Assembly (NCBI RefSeq): GCF_006345805.1
Contig: NC_043011.1
Coordinates: forward strand, 66,104,464-66,168,463
DNA: 64,000 nucleotides
Direction of reading: 5' to 3'
DNA from: Octopus sinensis
Taxonomy: Eukaryota
Both the position numbers and the translations under genes were made by a program. Below, one piece after another: positions 25,090 to 37,799 of this stretch (positions are counted from its first letter, which is position 1; every line of letters starts with the position of its first letter). The notes under the pieces are model-generated. The model saw only the letters and a program-made list of their open reading frames with translations, did not search any database and had not been told where the DNA came from.

Positions 25090-26686
25090 TATATATAATG
25101 TAAGGGAACCATTATTATTTTGAGTAAACAATGTTAGAGGGAAAAAATTCTCTAAGTGGTGGAAGAGGCTAAAAACCTTTATTGGCTGCTATTTCTAGAA
25201 AGTTTAGTATGTGGCAAAGTATTTATTTTATTTTACTAAGCCCTAATTATATAATTTTTATACATACATACACATACAAAACCCACCATTTACACGTATA
25301 TACCATATACGTACAAACACATATACATATATACACACACACACACCACCAACAAGCACATACATATATATATATATATATATATATCATATATGCAAAC
25401 ATATATACATATTATATTTTTTTACATGCATACATACACACACACACACATAATACATGCGTATATTCCTACTGTACCCATGCATTTCTATACATATATA
25501 CCTACATACGATACACATATACAAGCGTGCACATACAATATGTGAAAGGTCTAGGAGAAAAGGTAATCGGGGGGGCTAGGGGACAGTGGGGTTGGGGGGG
25601 TTTGTAGGGGGGGGGGTTGTCATCAATCAGGTTTGCCGGGTAGGTCTATATAGTTCTTGTAGTTCGCATACTTCTTATGCATGCAATTAGGGGAGTGTTC
25701 TGAAATTTGTTAAGGAGAGGGCCTTTGGCGAACAAGATCTCTAGGCTCTCTGATATGCATAGGTCACAGCAGGTATGTCCTCCTGTGTACGAGCGCGCCT
25801 TCTGTAGTAGTTTCCACTTGGTCTTGAAGGGATTGAGTTCCTTTTAAGTACCAGATGTGGGCGGCGAGGGTAGTTTTGGTTTGATTTATCCTGTCGCCGG
25901 AACGAGTGTGTATGTGCGTACCAGCGGGTCTAAAGCTGTTTGACGTCATTCCAATGTAGGATTTACTTTTATCGTCAAGGCCTGATCTTACCTCGCATTT
26001 ATATACTAGGTCCCTCTGTAGGAGTTGTTGTTGAGGGGGCAGGTGGTTTTATCATGGCAGTTGCAACTGCTATCGGACTTGGATGGGCCCCGGAGAAAGT
26101 AGATATGTTAAGTTTTTTCACTTGTTGTTGGCTAGGTTCCTGGCTAGATTGGGCGTGGTAGAGTAGGAGAGTCTAATAGTGTTCTTATTTAGGAGTGTAG
26201 TACTTATGTTGGGTGGGGAAGTGTTTCTGTAGGAGAGTGAAAAAGATCTTAGCTACAGGTGTAGCGACCTCACGGTTGAAGGGGGGGTTGTACCAGCTAA
26301 TGTGTCTTCGTCTATTTTCCTGGGTGGGGGCGTGGGGCTATACTAGTGTAGGTAATCTTATCTTTAAAACCACTGCGGGCCAGGGCCTCGTTTGTATAGG
26401 GCTGCGGCTTTAAAGATATCTTCCGTGGCGGACAGGGCTAGAGATTCTAATTGAGACACTTTTTACTAGGTTATCTAATATATTTTTGGGGTGGTTGGAA
26501 TTGATATCTATATATCTAAGGGATTCATTTGGTTTGTGGTACGGGTAATAAAGTGAGGTTTTTAGGTCGAGGGTGACATCGAGGAAGTTAGCCTTTGTTA
26601 AGTTGGATTCTAGGGTAATCCTAAGGCCTAAGTTTTTAAAAAGAAGGTGTGAAGGTTTTTCCGGAACCCATCCGTGGTCTGGGGGT
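25090..26686 (-). mobile_element. 5'-truncated, decayed copy of the PLE family at 37785-39411, with its 3' region
   Basis: Reverse complement of ~38350-39900 (e.g. 26650-26686 vs 38345-38382). Confidence 0.9.
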
Positions 26687-27152
26687 ATATGTATATGTGT
26701 ATATATATATATATATGTATATATATGTATATGTATGTTATATATATATATATGTTATGTGTGTATGTGTATATATGTATGTATATGTGTGTGTTGTGTA
26801 CATGTATATTATGTGTGTGTGTATATATATATATGTTATATGTGAGTATGTAGAGATATAAGCATATGCATGTGTATATGTGTGTGTGTGTATATATTAT
26901 ATATATATATATATGTATGGGTATGTGTATCCGTGTATATGTGTATGTGTGTGTGTATGTATATGTATGTATGTGTGTATATATGTATGTGTATATGTGT
27001 ATGTGTGTGTATATATGTGTAATATATATATATATATATATATGTATGTAGGTGTATGTGTATGTGTGTGTATGTGTGCATGTATGTGTATGTGTATATG
27101 TGTATATATATGTATGTGTATATGTATGTATATGTGTGTATGTGTATATGTG

Positions 27153-27192
<40 letters not shown>

Positions 27193-27725
27193 GTATATAT
27201 GTGTATGTGTGTATATATATATGTATATATGAGTGCGCGTGTGTGTATGTATGCATATATGTATGTATGCATGTATATGTGTATGTATATATGTGTGGAA
27301 GTGTGTGCATATATGTATATGTAAGTATGTGCGCGTGTATGAGTATGTATGTATGCTTGCACACGTGTATATATATGTGTGCGTGTGTATATATATGGAT
27401 GCGCGTGCGTGCGTGCACGTGTATGGGTACGCATGTGTATATGTGTATGTGCGTGTATGTGTATGTATGCATATATGTATGTATGCATGTATAGTGTATG
27501 TATATATGTGTGTAAGTGTGTGCATATATGTATATGTAAGTATGTGTGCGTGTATGAGTATGTATGTATGCTTGCACACGTGTATATAGGTGTGTTGTGT
27601 ATACATATGGATGCATGTGCGTGTGGGCACGTGTATGGGTAGCATGTATATGTGTATGTGCGTATATGCGTATTACGTGTATGTATGTATGTATGTGTGG
27701 GCGTATATTTGTATATGTATGTGGA

Positions 27726-27782
<57 letters not shown>

Positions 27783-28091
27783 TGGGGGTGTGTGTATGCG
27801 TATAAGTGCATGTAAGTATGGATGTATGGATGTATGTATGTATGTTTACGTATGTATGTTTTTGTGTGTATATGTATGTAGGTGTGTGTATGTATGTGTG
27901 TATAATGTATATATATATATAGTGTGTATATTGTTTGTGTATGTATATTATGTGTATGTATGTGTGTGTATATATATGGGTGTTGTGTGTGTTGTATGTA
28001 TGTATAATATATATATGTATATATATATATATATATATGTATGATACATATATATATGTATATGTACATGTATGTGTGGGTATATATATAT

Positions 28092-28133
<42 letters not shown>

Positions 28134-28150
28134 ATATATATATATATATA
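26687..28150. repeat. Complex (TG)/(TA) low-complexity block homologous to ~39950-41650
   Basis: Shared landmarks GTATGTAGAGATATAAG (26846, 40360) and ATGGATGCGCGTG...GGGTACGCATG (27395, 41110). Confidence 0.8.
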
Positions 28151-28154
28151 TTAT

Positions 28155-28217
28155 ATATTGTGAGTGGATTTCGTAGACGGAAACAGACAGGAGCCCGTCG
28201 TATATATGTATAGATAA

Positions 28218-28266
<49 letters not shown>

Positions 28267-28320
28267 TGTGTGTGTGTGTGTGTGTATGTTGTGTGTCTGT
28301 ATTTGTCCCCCTAGCATTTA
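28155..28320 (+). mobile_element. SINE fragment (OK/OR-type body)
   Basis: GTGAGTGGATTTCGTAGACGGAAAC...GTCCCCTAGCATTTA; matches 31683-31797. Confidence 0.75.
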
Positions 28321-29457
28321 CAAGGTCATGGAACGAATAGTCAGAAGGAAACTGATCACCTTTCTTGAAGAAAATGACTTGCTGCCTGACACCCAAAATG
28401 GTTTCCGACCAGGAGGAAGCTGCTTAACTCAGCTCCTACAACACTATGACTGGATGCTGAAACGACTGCTCAACCACTCAAACGTGGAAGTGATATATCT
28501 CGACTTTGCAAAGGCCTTTGATAAAGTCGATCATGGGATGATATGTCACAAACTGCGTGATATTAGCATAGTGGGAAAACTGGGAGAATGGCTTCATGAC
28601 TTTCTGAAAGATAGAAGTCAGGTGGTAGTAGCCAATGGGGCCACTTCCATTAATACGCAAATAGAGAGAGGTGTTCCGCAGGGCACTGTTTTGGGACCAC
28701 TACTGTTCATAATGGCCCTCTCAGACATCCTCTCAGCCACGCAGAGAGCCACGATCACGACTGGCCGGATGGATTCTTAGAACTTTTAGAACAAGAGAAC
28801 AAGAAACCATGATGGTCCTCTGGAGGACACTTGTCCTAAGCCACTTTGACTATTGCTCTCAGCTATGGTCACCATACAGTGTCAAGCTGATCACAGAACT
28901 TGAGGCGATCCAACGTAGCTACACGAAGAAGATAGCCTCTCTGCAGCATATAAGCTACTGGGAAAGACTCAAGAGATTAAAACTCTATTCCTTGGAGCGT
29001 AGGCGAGAAAGATATGCCATAATATACATCTGGAAGATCCTAGAAGGACTTGTCCTAAACTTTGGCATCGAGAGTTACACAAATGCCAGAACTGGGTGCC
29101 ACCGCGTGGTGCCAAGGACTCCAAATTTGCCATCAAGATGTAGGACAAGATTATGTGATAGCCTGGGCTTCGAGGCCCACAGCTCTTCAATATCCTCCCG
29201 AAGAACCTGAGAGACCTGCATGGGGTGGATGCAGATGTCTTTAAAATGAAACTGAATCTCTTCTTGTCAGGTATCCCAGATGAAATAACTTCTCGGCAGG
29301 AGGTGCAGATGAGGGCAGCTGCATCGCACTCTCTCATGCACCAAATGACAGTTGCATTCGTGAAGTAAAGACATTTAGCAACACCAAATGGCGGTGCCCC
29401 AGCGTGGCCACAGCTCGTGAGCTGAAACTAAAATCAATCAATCAATCAATCAATCAT
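28321..29457 (+). mobile_element. Second copy of LINE subfamily 1 with a ~250-bp internal deletion
   Basis: Matches 18083-18520 joined to 18770-19470 at ~28758; the YADD segment is lost; (AATC)n tail. Confidence 0.92.
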
Positions 29458-29470
29458 ATATATATATATA

Positions 29471-29506
<36 letters not shown>

Positions 29507-29507
29507 C

Positions 29508-29557
<50 letters not shown>

Positions 29558-29589
29558 ATATATATATATTAATATATATATATATTATA

Positions 29590-30403
29590 AATACACACAC
29601 ACTCCCTTACTTCAGGTGAAACTCTCGCGGCGTCCAACAACATCAGAGACTTGGGAGTATTGTGGACAACAACATAAGCTGGGCCACTCATATAAACACC
29701 AAAGTTGACATGGCCCGCAGAATGTGTTCCTGGATTCTCAGAACCTTCCAGTCGAGAGATATCCACACCATTATCCTTCTCTTCTCCACTTTTGCCCGAC
29801 CCCACCTTGATACTGTTTCCACTGTGGTCTCCCCACACAATACAAGGTATCATAAAAGTTGAAGCACCTCAAAGGGCAATCACAAAAAAAGATAGATGGC
29901 ATGACAGGCCTCGACTATTGGGGTCGACTAGACAAGCTAAAACTCTATTCTCTCCAACGTCGTCGTGAGCGCTACATCATCTGCATGATGTGGAAAATAT
30001 TCCATCAGCATTGCCCAAATGATGTTGGCATCACCTTTAAGGTACATCCAAGGCTTGGGCCCCGTGCATCCGCCCAAAACAAAATCGCACTCTCATCTCA
30101 TAACAACAATACGGCACAAATTATTTCACCTCAATTGGCCCCGCTCTCTTTAACATTACACCAAAACACATTAAAACAGAAACTGACCCTATAGGGTTTC
30201 AAGAAGTCTTTGGACAGATTCCTTCAAGAAATCCCGGATAAACCCCCTACACCCGGATATGTCTCTGTAAAACAATAACTCTCTACTTGAGTGGGCTAGT
30301 GCCCAAATTCTGACTTGAAAGACTTCACCAGGCGGTGCTATAAGTTAGACATGGCCTGGGCCAATAATGGCCGAAACCTATCAAGGTATCAAAGTATCAA
30401 AGT
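29590..30403 (+). mobile_element. 3' fragment of a CR1/L2-group LINE, subfamily 3
   Basis: RDLGV..DNNISWATHINTKV, RPHLD, LYSLQRRRERY; (TATCAAAG)n tail. Confidence 0.85.
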
Positions 30404-30490
30404 ATATATATAAATAAAATGGGGTTTGTATGATTGTGTATAGAGGGATATTTCATTTTACTATATGTATATATATATATATATATATAT

Positions 30491-30640
30491 TAAAATTGTA
30501 TATATTGATTAAGTCTTTCCTTGTTTGTTTTGCAAAATAGTGGTTTTGTCTCTAATTAATATTATATAATATTTTTACTATAAAATTGGATTTAATCCTA
30601 AATTTGATTTTTTCCCTGTAAATTTGGATTTATTCCCTAA
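30491..30640 (+). mobile_element. Terminal fragment of the F1/palindrome family (an inverted partner lies at 31314-31369)
   Basis: Matches ~4363-4500; 31314-31369 matches ~525-585. Confidence 0.8.
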
Positions 30641-30708
30641 TTATTATTATATATATATATATATATTATATATATAATATATATATATATATATAATATA
30701 TATATTAT

Positions 30709-31040
30709 GACCCTTCGGTCATGAATGACCATGGGATTGCACCTAGAAAGTTACCCTCCTAGACACAAGTCCGGGCAAGGTTGTTTATGGAAGACCAGCA
30801 GTCGCCCATGCATACCAGCCTCTCCTCTCCACGCCACCAGTGTTATCCAAGGGAAAGACAAAGGTCAATACAGCTGGCACCAGTGACGTCGCAATTAATT
30901 TCTACACTGAGTGAACTGGAGCAACGTGAAATAAGTGCTTTGCTCAAGAACACAACACGCAGCGGTCCGGATTCGAGATTCGAGCTCACAACCTCACGAT
31001 CGTAAGCTCGACGCTCTACCCACTGGGCCATGCGCCTTCA
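30709..31040 (-). mobile_element. tRNA-derived SINE, second family
   Basis: Minus-strand head GGCGCATGGCCCAGTGGGTAGAGCGTCG..GCTCGAATCTCG (A/B-box-like), then GTTCTTGAGCAAAGCACTTATT; embedded in (TA)n. Confidence 0.8.
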
Positions 31041-31082
31041 TATATATATACATATATAATATATATATAATATATATATATA

Positions 31083-31129
<47 letters not shown>

Positions 31130-31135
31130 TTATAT

Positions 31136-31235
<100 letters not shown>

Positions 31236-31237
31236 AT

Positions 31238-31302
<65 letters not shown>

Positions 31303-31412
31303 AAATATTATTCGAGACAAAACCACTATTTGCAAACAAACAAGGAAAGACTTAATTAATACATAAAATTGGATTTATTCCCTAATATTTATTATTATAT
31401 ATATATATATAT

Positions 31413-31554
<142 letters not shown>

Positions 31555-31562
31555 TATATATA

Positions 31563-31797
31563 GTAGGCGCAGGAGTGGCTGAGTGGTAAGTAGCTGTTTA
31601 CCAACCGCATGGTCCCGGGTTCAGTCCCACTACGGGCACCTTGGGCAAGTATCTTCTATAGCCTCGGGCCGACCAAAGCCTTGTGAGTGGATTTGGTAGA
31701 CGGAAACAGAGAGGAGCCCGTCGTATATATGTATATATATATATGTGTGTGCGTGTGTGTGTATGTTTGTGTGTCTGTGTTTGTCCCCCTAGCATTT
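31563..31797 (+). mobile_element. tRNA-derived SINE (OK/OR-type), 3' truncated
   Basis: A box TGGCTGAGTGG, B box GGTTCAGTCCC, body GGCACCTTGGGCAAG. Confidence 0.85.
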
Positions 31798-31910
31798 ACT
31801 ATTTTTCTATATATATATACTATTTATACTATAAAATTTCTATATTCTACATTAATATTATAAAGATTATAAACAAAACATAAAAAACAGAGTTGGAATT
31901 TCTTTGAATA

Positions 31911-31952
<42 letters not shown>

Positions 31953-32456
31953 ATATATATGTGTGTGTGGTGTGTGTTTGTTGTATATCGGGAGGGTTAT
32001 TCTGTTTCTTTTGTTCAATATACGCAAGCTCTATATATCCGTTCTTCACTCTTTATGATTGTTTTTATTCTAACTCATGTCAATTGTCTGAAAATCTTTC
32101 ACCACTCATCTGTTACCTCCTAATTGACACTGTCCAATCTCCGTGCTTGCTCTAGCTCATTCCGTTCAGTTCTTGTATGATGTGCATCCTTATATGTACA
32201 TGTGTTTTTGTGTGTGTATGCATATCATTGTTCTTAATAGCATTATGTCCCTCACCTTAGCCTTGTCCCCTTTACCATTGCCACTGAAGTTGCGCATGTT
32301 TGTGTGCGCAGGTGCATTTGCATATACATATATGTATGCGTGTATATGTGCGTTGGCTTTTGCTTTATATAGTGTGTGTGTCTGTGTGTTTATGTCTATG
32401 TAAATATGCATGTATCTGAATATACATATATAATGCATATATATATATATATATCT

Positions 32457-32499
<43 letters not shown>

Positions 32500-32585
32500 A
32501 AGGGTGAAAAGGAACACACGAGTTCATATATATGAAAAAACAAGTCAAAATAGAAAATGCTAAAATAATTTCATAAAGAACATTT

Positions 32586-32623
32586 CAGTACCGGTTTCGG
32601 TCATTTTGGAACCTTTTCAACTG
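32586..32623 (-). ncRNA. F3 hammerhead, U3:A8 variant
   Basis: Minus strand reads CAG-TTGAAAA-GGTT(ccaaaat)GACC-GAAA-CCGG-TA-CTG. Confidence 0.72.
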
Positions 32624-34197
32624 TAACGATTAAATAATTAAATTTAGAAAATTAGAAGAAAAGTTCCATTCAATTCATGCCACCCCAGACACACCAGGAT
32701 AAATATCCCCTTCAATCTAGCAAAAAGGATATGGACTATAGTCTCTAATGCAAACACACGACTACAAGAACTAAAAGATACCCTTACCACCAGGAACTAT
32801 CCACCTTCACTTATTGACAAGTGCATTCAACGTGCTCTTCAACTTAACATCAAGGAACTGAGACATCCCAAATCAAAGAAAAACTGACGACCAAAAGCCT
32901 TACCATACATCTCCACACACAACCCTCTCAATAACGAAGCCTTCGGCACCATCCTCCACAACATGCCCCTCCTAATAAAATACCACAGAATGAACACAAT
33001 CCTCCAAACACACACGATCATAAAAAGCAAGAGACAGCCTAAATCCATCAAAAGTCTCCTAACACAAGCCCGAATTCACTCTTCAACACAGAAGCCGACA
33101 GTAAAAAAATGTGGAAGACCCAATTGCGGGATATGCGACTATCTCATTGAGGGATCAGAGTTCTCCTTCAACAGGACAACGGTTTTACGTGAAAAGCAAC
33201 TTCACATGTGCTTCGGAGAACCTAATCTACTCACTAACCTGCTCCGGGTGTCAAGAGCAGTACATAGGCCAAACAAAAAATCGTTTGCGTAAACGAATGG
33301 CCCTGCACAGATCCCAGATAAAAATTCCCCAAAACAGAAAAATAGCTTCAGCCAACACCAGATACTTGCGCCAACAACAAAACACCAGGCTTCAGGATTT
33401 TCCCCCTCTACCAATTTAGGACGATACAACCTCGAGACAACGAATAAGTAAAGAACCTCTCTTTATTACAAAATACAGGCCACTTCTTAACGGGTCTACG
33501 ACAAACGATTAATATACCTCAACTTTAGAATAAAAGAAATATACACACACAAATATTACATTCCAAAGAATCCATTACTACTCAGCCCCAATCACAGCTA
33601 TAATCCATAACATGCCAACTTCAAGTCATACAACGCCTCACTACTTTCACCATTCATATTCTCCCTTCTCTGTTCTCTTCTTCTTCCCCTTCTTCTTCAT
33701 CATCATCATTATCATCATCATCGTCGTCATCATCATCACCACCATCATCATCATCATCTTCTTCTTCTCCTTCTCCTTCTTCTTCTTTTTCATCATCATC
33801 ATCATCATCAACATCGTCATCTTCTTCTTCTTCTTCTTCTTCTGCTCCACCTTCTACCTCTTAACTTTATCACTAATGCTTTTTAGTAAAACACCTACGC
33901 AAATTCCATAAACAAACCTCTCAATAGAAATATTCTCCTGAATTGAGCTGCAACTGCTAGCTGTCACTGACCATTCAAGATACAACAATCAAGGCACTCC
34001 CAAATTTTTGCACCCCCTCTCCTCATCAGCCTTCTTCTTCTTCTACCCTACCAAGAATTCACAACGACCTCGAACACACAAGTGCAAACAAGGGAGTCAG
34101 AGAAAGGCAGAATGCCACTTATATCTGAACTCTATACAAATATTCCTTTAAAAAAACTTTTCTTCTAATTTTTCTAAAGTTAATTATTTAATCGTTA

Positions 34198-34235
34198 CAG
34201 CTGAAAAGGTCTCAAAATGACCGAAACCGGTACTG
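34198..34235 (+). ncRNA. F3 hammerhead with a C3/A8 mismatch
   Basis: CAG-CTGAAAA-GGTC(tcaaaat)GACC-GAAA-CCGG-TA-CTG. Confidence 0.65.
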
Positions 34236-34398
34236 AAATGTTCGTTATAAAATTATTTTAGCATTTTCTATTTTGACTTGTTTTTTCATATATATATATA
34301 TATATATACGGTTAAGTAATTGAGATTCTAGTGAATTCAAAAGAATTCACATGAATATGGTCATGGTGTTAACCATACGACAAATGGGGTGATTACAA

Positions 34399-34665
34399 AT
34401 AGGAAAAAAGCAACAAGAATGGGTTAAAATATCGGTACGATCGTTTCGTACGAGGACATCTTTAATAAGCTACAAAAAATGCAGTGAATACAGATGGCTC
34501 GTACTTCTTTTGTATCTACCCCTTTTGATGTTTGCGAATTCTGTGATGTTTTTTCGGCTGACGAGTACGAGCCATCTGTATTCACTGCATTTTTTGTAAC
34601 TTATTAAAGATGTCCTCGTATGAAACGATCGTACCGAGATTTTAATCCATTCTTGTTGCTTTTTT

Positions 34666-34670
<5 letters not shown>
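34399..34670. mobile_element. Short tails-out palindrome (arms 34399-34504 and 34565-34670), probably a PLE terminal remnant
   Basis: Arms are reverse complements; the right arm carries a full hammerhead, and the left arm is truncated exactly before the CTGACGA core. Confidence 0.8.
34552..34639 (+). ncRNA. Type-I hammerhead, family F6 (long stem II)
   Basis: TTTCGG-CTGACGA-GTACGAG...CTCGTAT-GAAA-CGATCG-TA-CCGAGA; stem III palindrome ACGATCGT. Confidence 0.82.
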
Positions 34671-34704
<34 letters not shown>

Positions 34705-34748
34705 GAATAAATAAAAGAATGGAGTCGAACGTAGATGTTAACAAAATT

Positions 34749-34841
34749 CTTTTACTCTCGACATATGTTTCGAAGACAATATAGTTTCATTCCAAAGGAA
34801 TAAAAGGTGCAAGATGCAATCCTCTCATCAGGAAAGAAAGG
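34749..34841 (-). ncRNA. F2 hammerhead, intact core
   Basis: Minus strand reads CCTTTCTTTC-CTGATGA-GAGGA...TCTTC-GAAA-CATATG-TC-GAGAG(t)AAAAG. Confidence 0.8.
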
Positions 34842-35112
34842 GAGCCTCTCTCAACAACAAGACAAACAAAAATTTCGATGACTGCCTACATGGTATTCAA
34901 AACGATAATATGTGTATTAAAAAAACCGTTAGAAGAATTGACGTCAAAGATAGATAGTAGAAAGAGAAGGGTTGAAGGAATAATAGGTAGAGAACAAGTG
35001 GAAGGGTAATGGTACCTTGATTAAAAGAATGTTCAAAGGCTTAGGAAAGAATTTCGCTATTGAAGTGGAGTGCACGTTAAGCTAATTGTTCAAACCACAG
35101 TGACTATCGTTA

Positions 35113-37465
35113 TCATTTATATGAGTTAAAGGTATGTTTCTGCCAGTGTTTACATTTGGAAGATCGCTCTATGAGTGTGTTTACAAGAGGAACCTTAGAG
35201 AAGAGAATATGGAAGAGTTCAGAGTTGCAAATGTTACAAAATCTCCTGCCCTTACCAAAAGGAAAGGATACAGACAGTATGAACCAATCTAACTTAAAAT
35301 TTATATTATTGTCTTTAAGACGCCAAACTAATTTACTTAGCCCTGTACTATGTCGTTTTTTACTATCCCTGAATGTTGAATAATGGTTTGAAATTCTCTT
35401 GGATAACTGGGAAGTAGACGCTCCTATATAGAAGAAGACATCGATACCGGAAGAAATTCTACACTGGTAAATAGAATTCTTAATCTTAGAATTACTAGAC
35501 AAAAATTTAATTCTGTTGGTGTTGTCCTCCGAGATCGAAACGAAGTTTTTATTTCTATGAGTTTTGTTACTATTATTATTAGCTTCTTCTTCTACCGTAC
35601 ACTATTCCTATTATTATTAGTATTATTAATGGTAATACAACCAATATTACCATCAACAATAATACCGTTATTTTTATTACCATTAACATTACCATTGTTA
35701 TTAACACGACTAATTCTATTTTTATTATTATTATCATTGTTAACACTATCACTATTACCATTGCTATTACTATTAATACTATTCCTATTACTATGATTGT
35801 ATGATGGGTTGGAATTAGCAGGATTAATGCTGGAATTCCCGGGTGAAGAACCTTTATTTAGCAGCTTGGTATTTTGAGAAGATATAATTTGTGAAAGATT
35901 TCTAGTGTTAGAGAAAGGGATTCTAGTTATGTGGGAATTAATAATAGAATAATACCTAGAGTTTTGGGGAGAGTTCCTAGCAACGGCTTCACGGAACTGC
36001 AAGGAAAGGTTCGATTTAATTTGTTTTCCGAATGGTATTACGAACCAGATACAGTTTTTAGTGACCTTTGAATTGTACGTAGTGTTATTTGTGGAAGTAA
36101 GGGGAACATTTCTGGGTTGGAAATTTGGGGTTGAATGACGCTCACCACCCCTGGTCCGTAAAGAATTTATATTATGTATAGGGCTGCTTGCACTATTAGA
36201 ATTAAAATCACTATTCCTATTACCAGTAACTATTATATCTGGAGAAGCAGATGTAGGTTTAGAATGAGCTGAATCGATGTATGACACTTTCTCTTTATAG
36301 ACGGCTTTAAACAAGGCGGCGTTATAGAAGTTTGCCTTTTGGTTAAAGATGTCAACATTGGGAGATAATTTAGACAGTCTCAGAGATATGTTTTTGACTA
36401 AGTTATCGGTAACTGGCCTAGCATGATTACTGTAAAGGCTAATAAACTTAAGATTTGTGGAAGGTTTATGCTAAGGGAAGTATGAGTTATTCTGTAAATT
36501 GAGGGTAATGTCTAAGAAGTTGGCTTTAGTTAACTCATCGTCAAAAACGATGCGCAAGCCCATTCTACTAAAAAACCTAACTAACCTATTCGTAACCTTC
36601 TGTATTTTTTGGTTTGAAACGTTTTGGAGGTAAAGCAGAAAATCGTCCCGATAAAGACCTCCACAGATGTCCGGGAATTGGTCGGGTATTTTATAAAAAA
36701 TATAAATTCCGATCGATTCGGCTATCTGGGCGCTGTCTGTACTTCCCATTTGTACATCGAACGCATTAGGAGTATCACTGCGGACCCACAACTTGCTATC
36801 GAAGTGGATGAATGATTTCCTACCAGTCAATATCACATTAATTTCTTTTCTGGAGAGGCCTGCCTTATTGTGTGCGTGCCATAGGGCCTTATTAAGTATT
36901 ATAGGGTTGATTGAAGAATAGAAACTAGATATATCGAATTGGATAAATTTAGTGTTGGCCTTATCAGTAATAGAAGAAAACCAATCTACGACTAGAACAG
37001 AGTTGGACTATAAGCTAAGTTTTAATTTATTAATTAATATAGGGATATACTTATCTAATATGTATTTACTAAGGGTACCGATGTATGAACTGGAAGGGCA
37101 TATGAGCCGCAATGCTGGGTTAGTATGAAAGTTCTGCTTGTGGTCCTTTAAAATGAATCTGGGTTGCCTAGGGTTCAATGGTTTTGTCTTCATCTGTAAT
37201 CCGTAAGTTTCTATAATCTGTTTAGCTTCTAAGTTGGCCAGCCTGAGAGTATTCCTACTGGTGGTCTTGTAATTTTTGTGGATCTCCTTTTCGAGCAGTT
37301 CCAAATAATGGCTTTTGGTAAGCTTATAGATGTTGCTGGTTTTATCCGATTGAACCAGTATAGATTCTAAGTTATTTATATCTCTAGAGACGTTATTAAG
37401 GTATCTGAAGTGCTTATTCCTGAAGGGTGATCTATGAAATTTAATATTCTTTACAATGGCCCAAT
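35113..37465 (-). pseudogene. PLE RT + GIY-YIG polyprotein, interrupted by two TAG stops (~37008, ~36471) and one frameshift (~35590)
   Basis: ORF track segments 37008-37526, 36471-36836, 35592-36314 and 35113-35502 join into one polyprotein. Confidence 0.85.
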
Positions 37466-37491
37466 GTATGTCTTGTTGTTGAGAGAGGCTC

Positions 37492-37584
37492 CCTTTCTTT
37501 TCTGATGAGAAGATTGCATCTTGCACCCTTTATTTCTTTGGAATGAAACCATGTTGTCTTCGAAACATATGTCGAGAGTAAAGG
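37492..37584 (+). ncRNA. F2 hammerhead, intact core
   Basis: CCTTTCTTTT-CTGATGA(37502-08)-GAAGA...TCTTC-GAAA(37562-65)-CATATG-TC-GAGAG(t)AAAGG. Confidence 0.8.
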
Positions 37585-37799
37585 AATTTTGTTAACATCT
37601 TCGTTCGACTCCATTCTTTTATTTATTTATATGTAACACACTAATTTCTGCACATGAACCCGGAGTTTCTACCCTTGGGCAGTTCGCTTCAACCGTGTTT
37701 CTGACGTGAATTTGCTACCCTTGTATTGGTTCATCGAATTTTCCATGCTGACGGTAAACACAGGATAATTCATTCACCTATCGAAATATAGTCCCCACA

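Larger units (their letters stand above)
32527..34290 (+). mobile_element. 5'-truncated Neptune-like PLE (thumb, Cys linker, GIY-YIG, 3' region) with an inverted copy of its 3' end at 32527-32662
   Basis: PFNSCHPRHT, KKCGRPNCGICDY, LIYSLTCSGCQEQYIGQTKNRLRKRMALHRSQI; 32527-32662 is the reverse complement of ~34155-34290. Confidence 0.9.
34700..37625 (-). mobile_element. Young PLE (Naiad-like) with a 3' terminal repeat at 34700-34895 and an inverted copy at ~37460-37625
   Basis: RT motifs LKDHK, QFDISSFY, QMGSTDSAQIAE, GLYRDD, NFLDITL; GIY-YIG SIYQC..FYIGAST and CNIC; F2 hammerheads at both ends pointing outward. Confidence 0.9.

Noticed and set aside
26573-28317. Many long ORFs (up to 304 aa) of Y/I/H/T or C/V/M composition, also at 39.9-42.5 kb, 30.9-31.3 kb and 52-54 kb
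   Set aside because: They are translations of TA/TG/TAA simple repeats that lack stops in several frames; there is no evidence of protein coding.
30355-30390. Hairpin-GAAAC..GTA at LINE 3' ends (also 23930-23965) resembling half a hammerhead
   Set aside because: The CUGANGA core is absent; better explained as the LINE/SINE 3' recognition signal.
30990-31040. tRNA-like sequences (also 31563-31630, 50740-50790)
   Set aside because: These are SINE heads without a complete cloverleaf, not tRNA genes.
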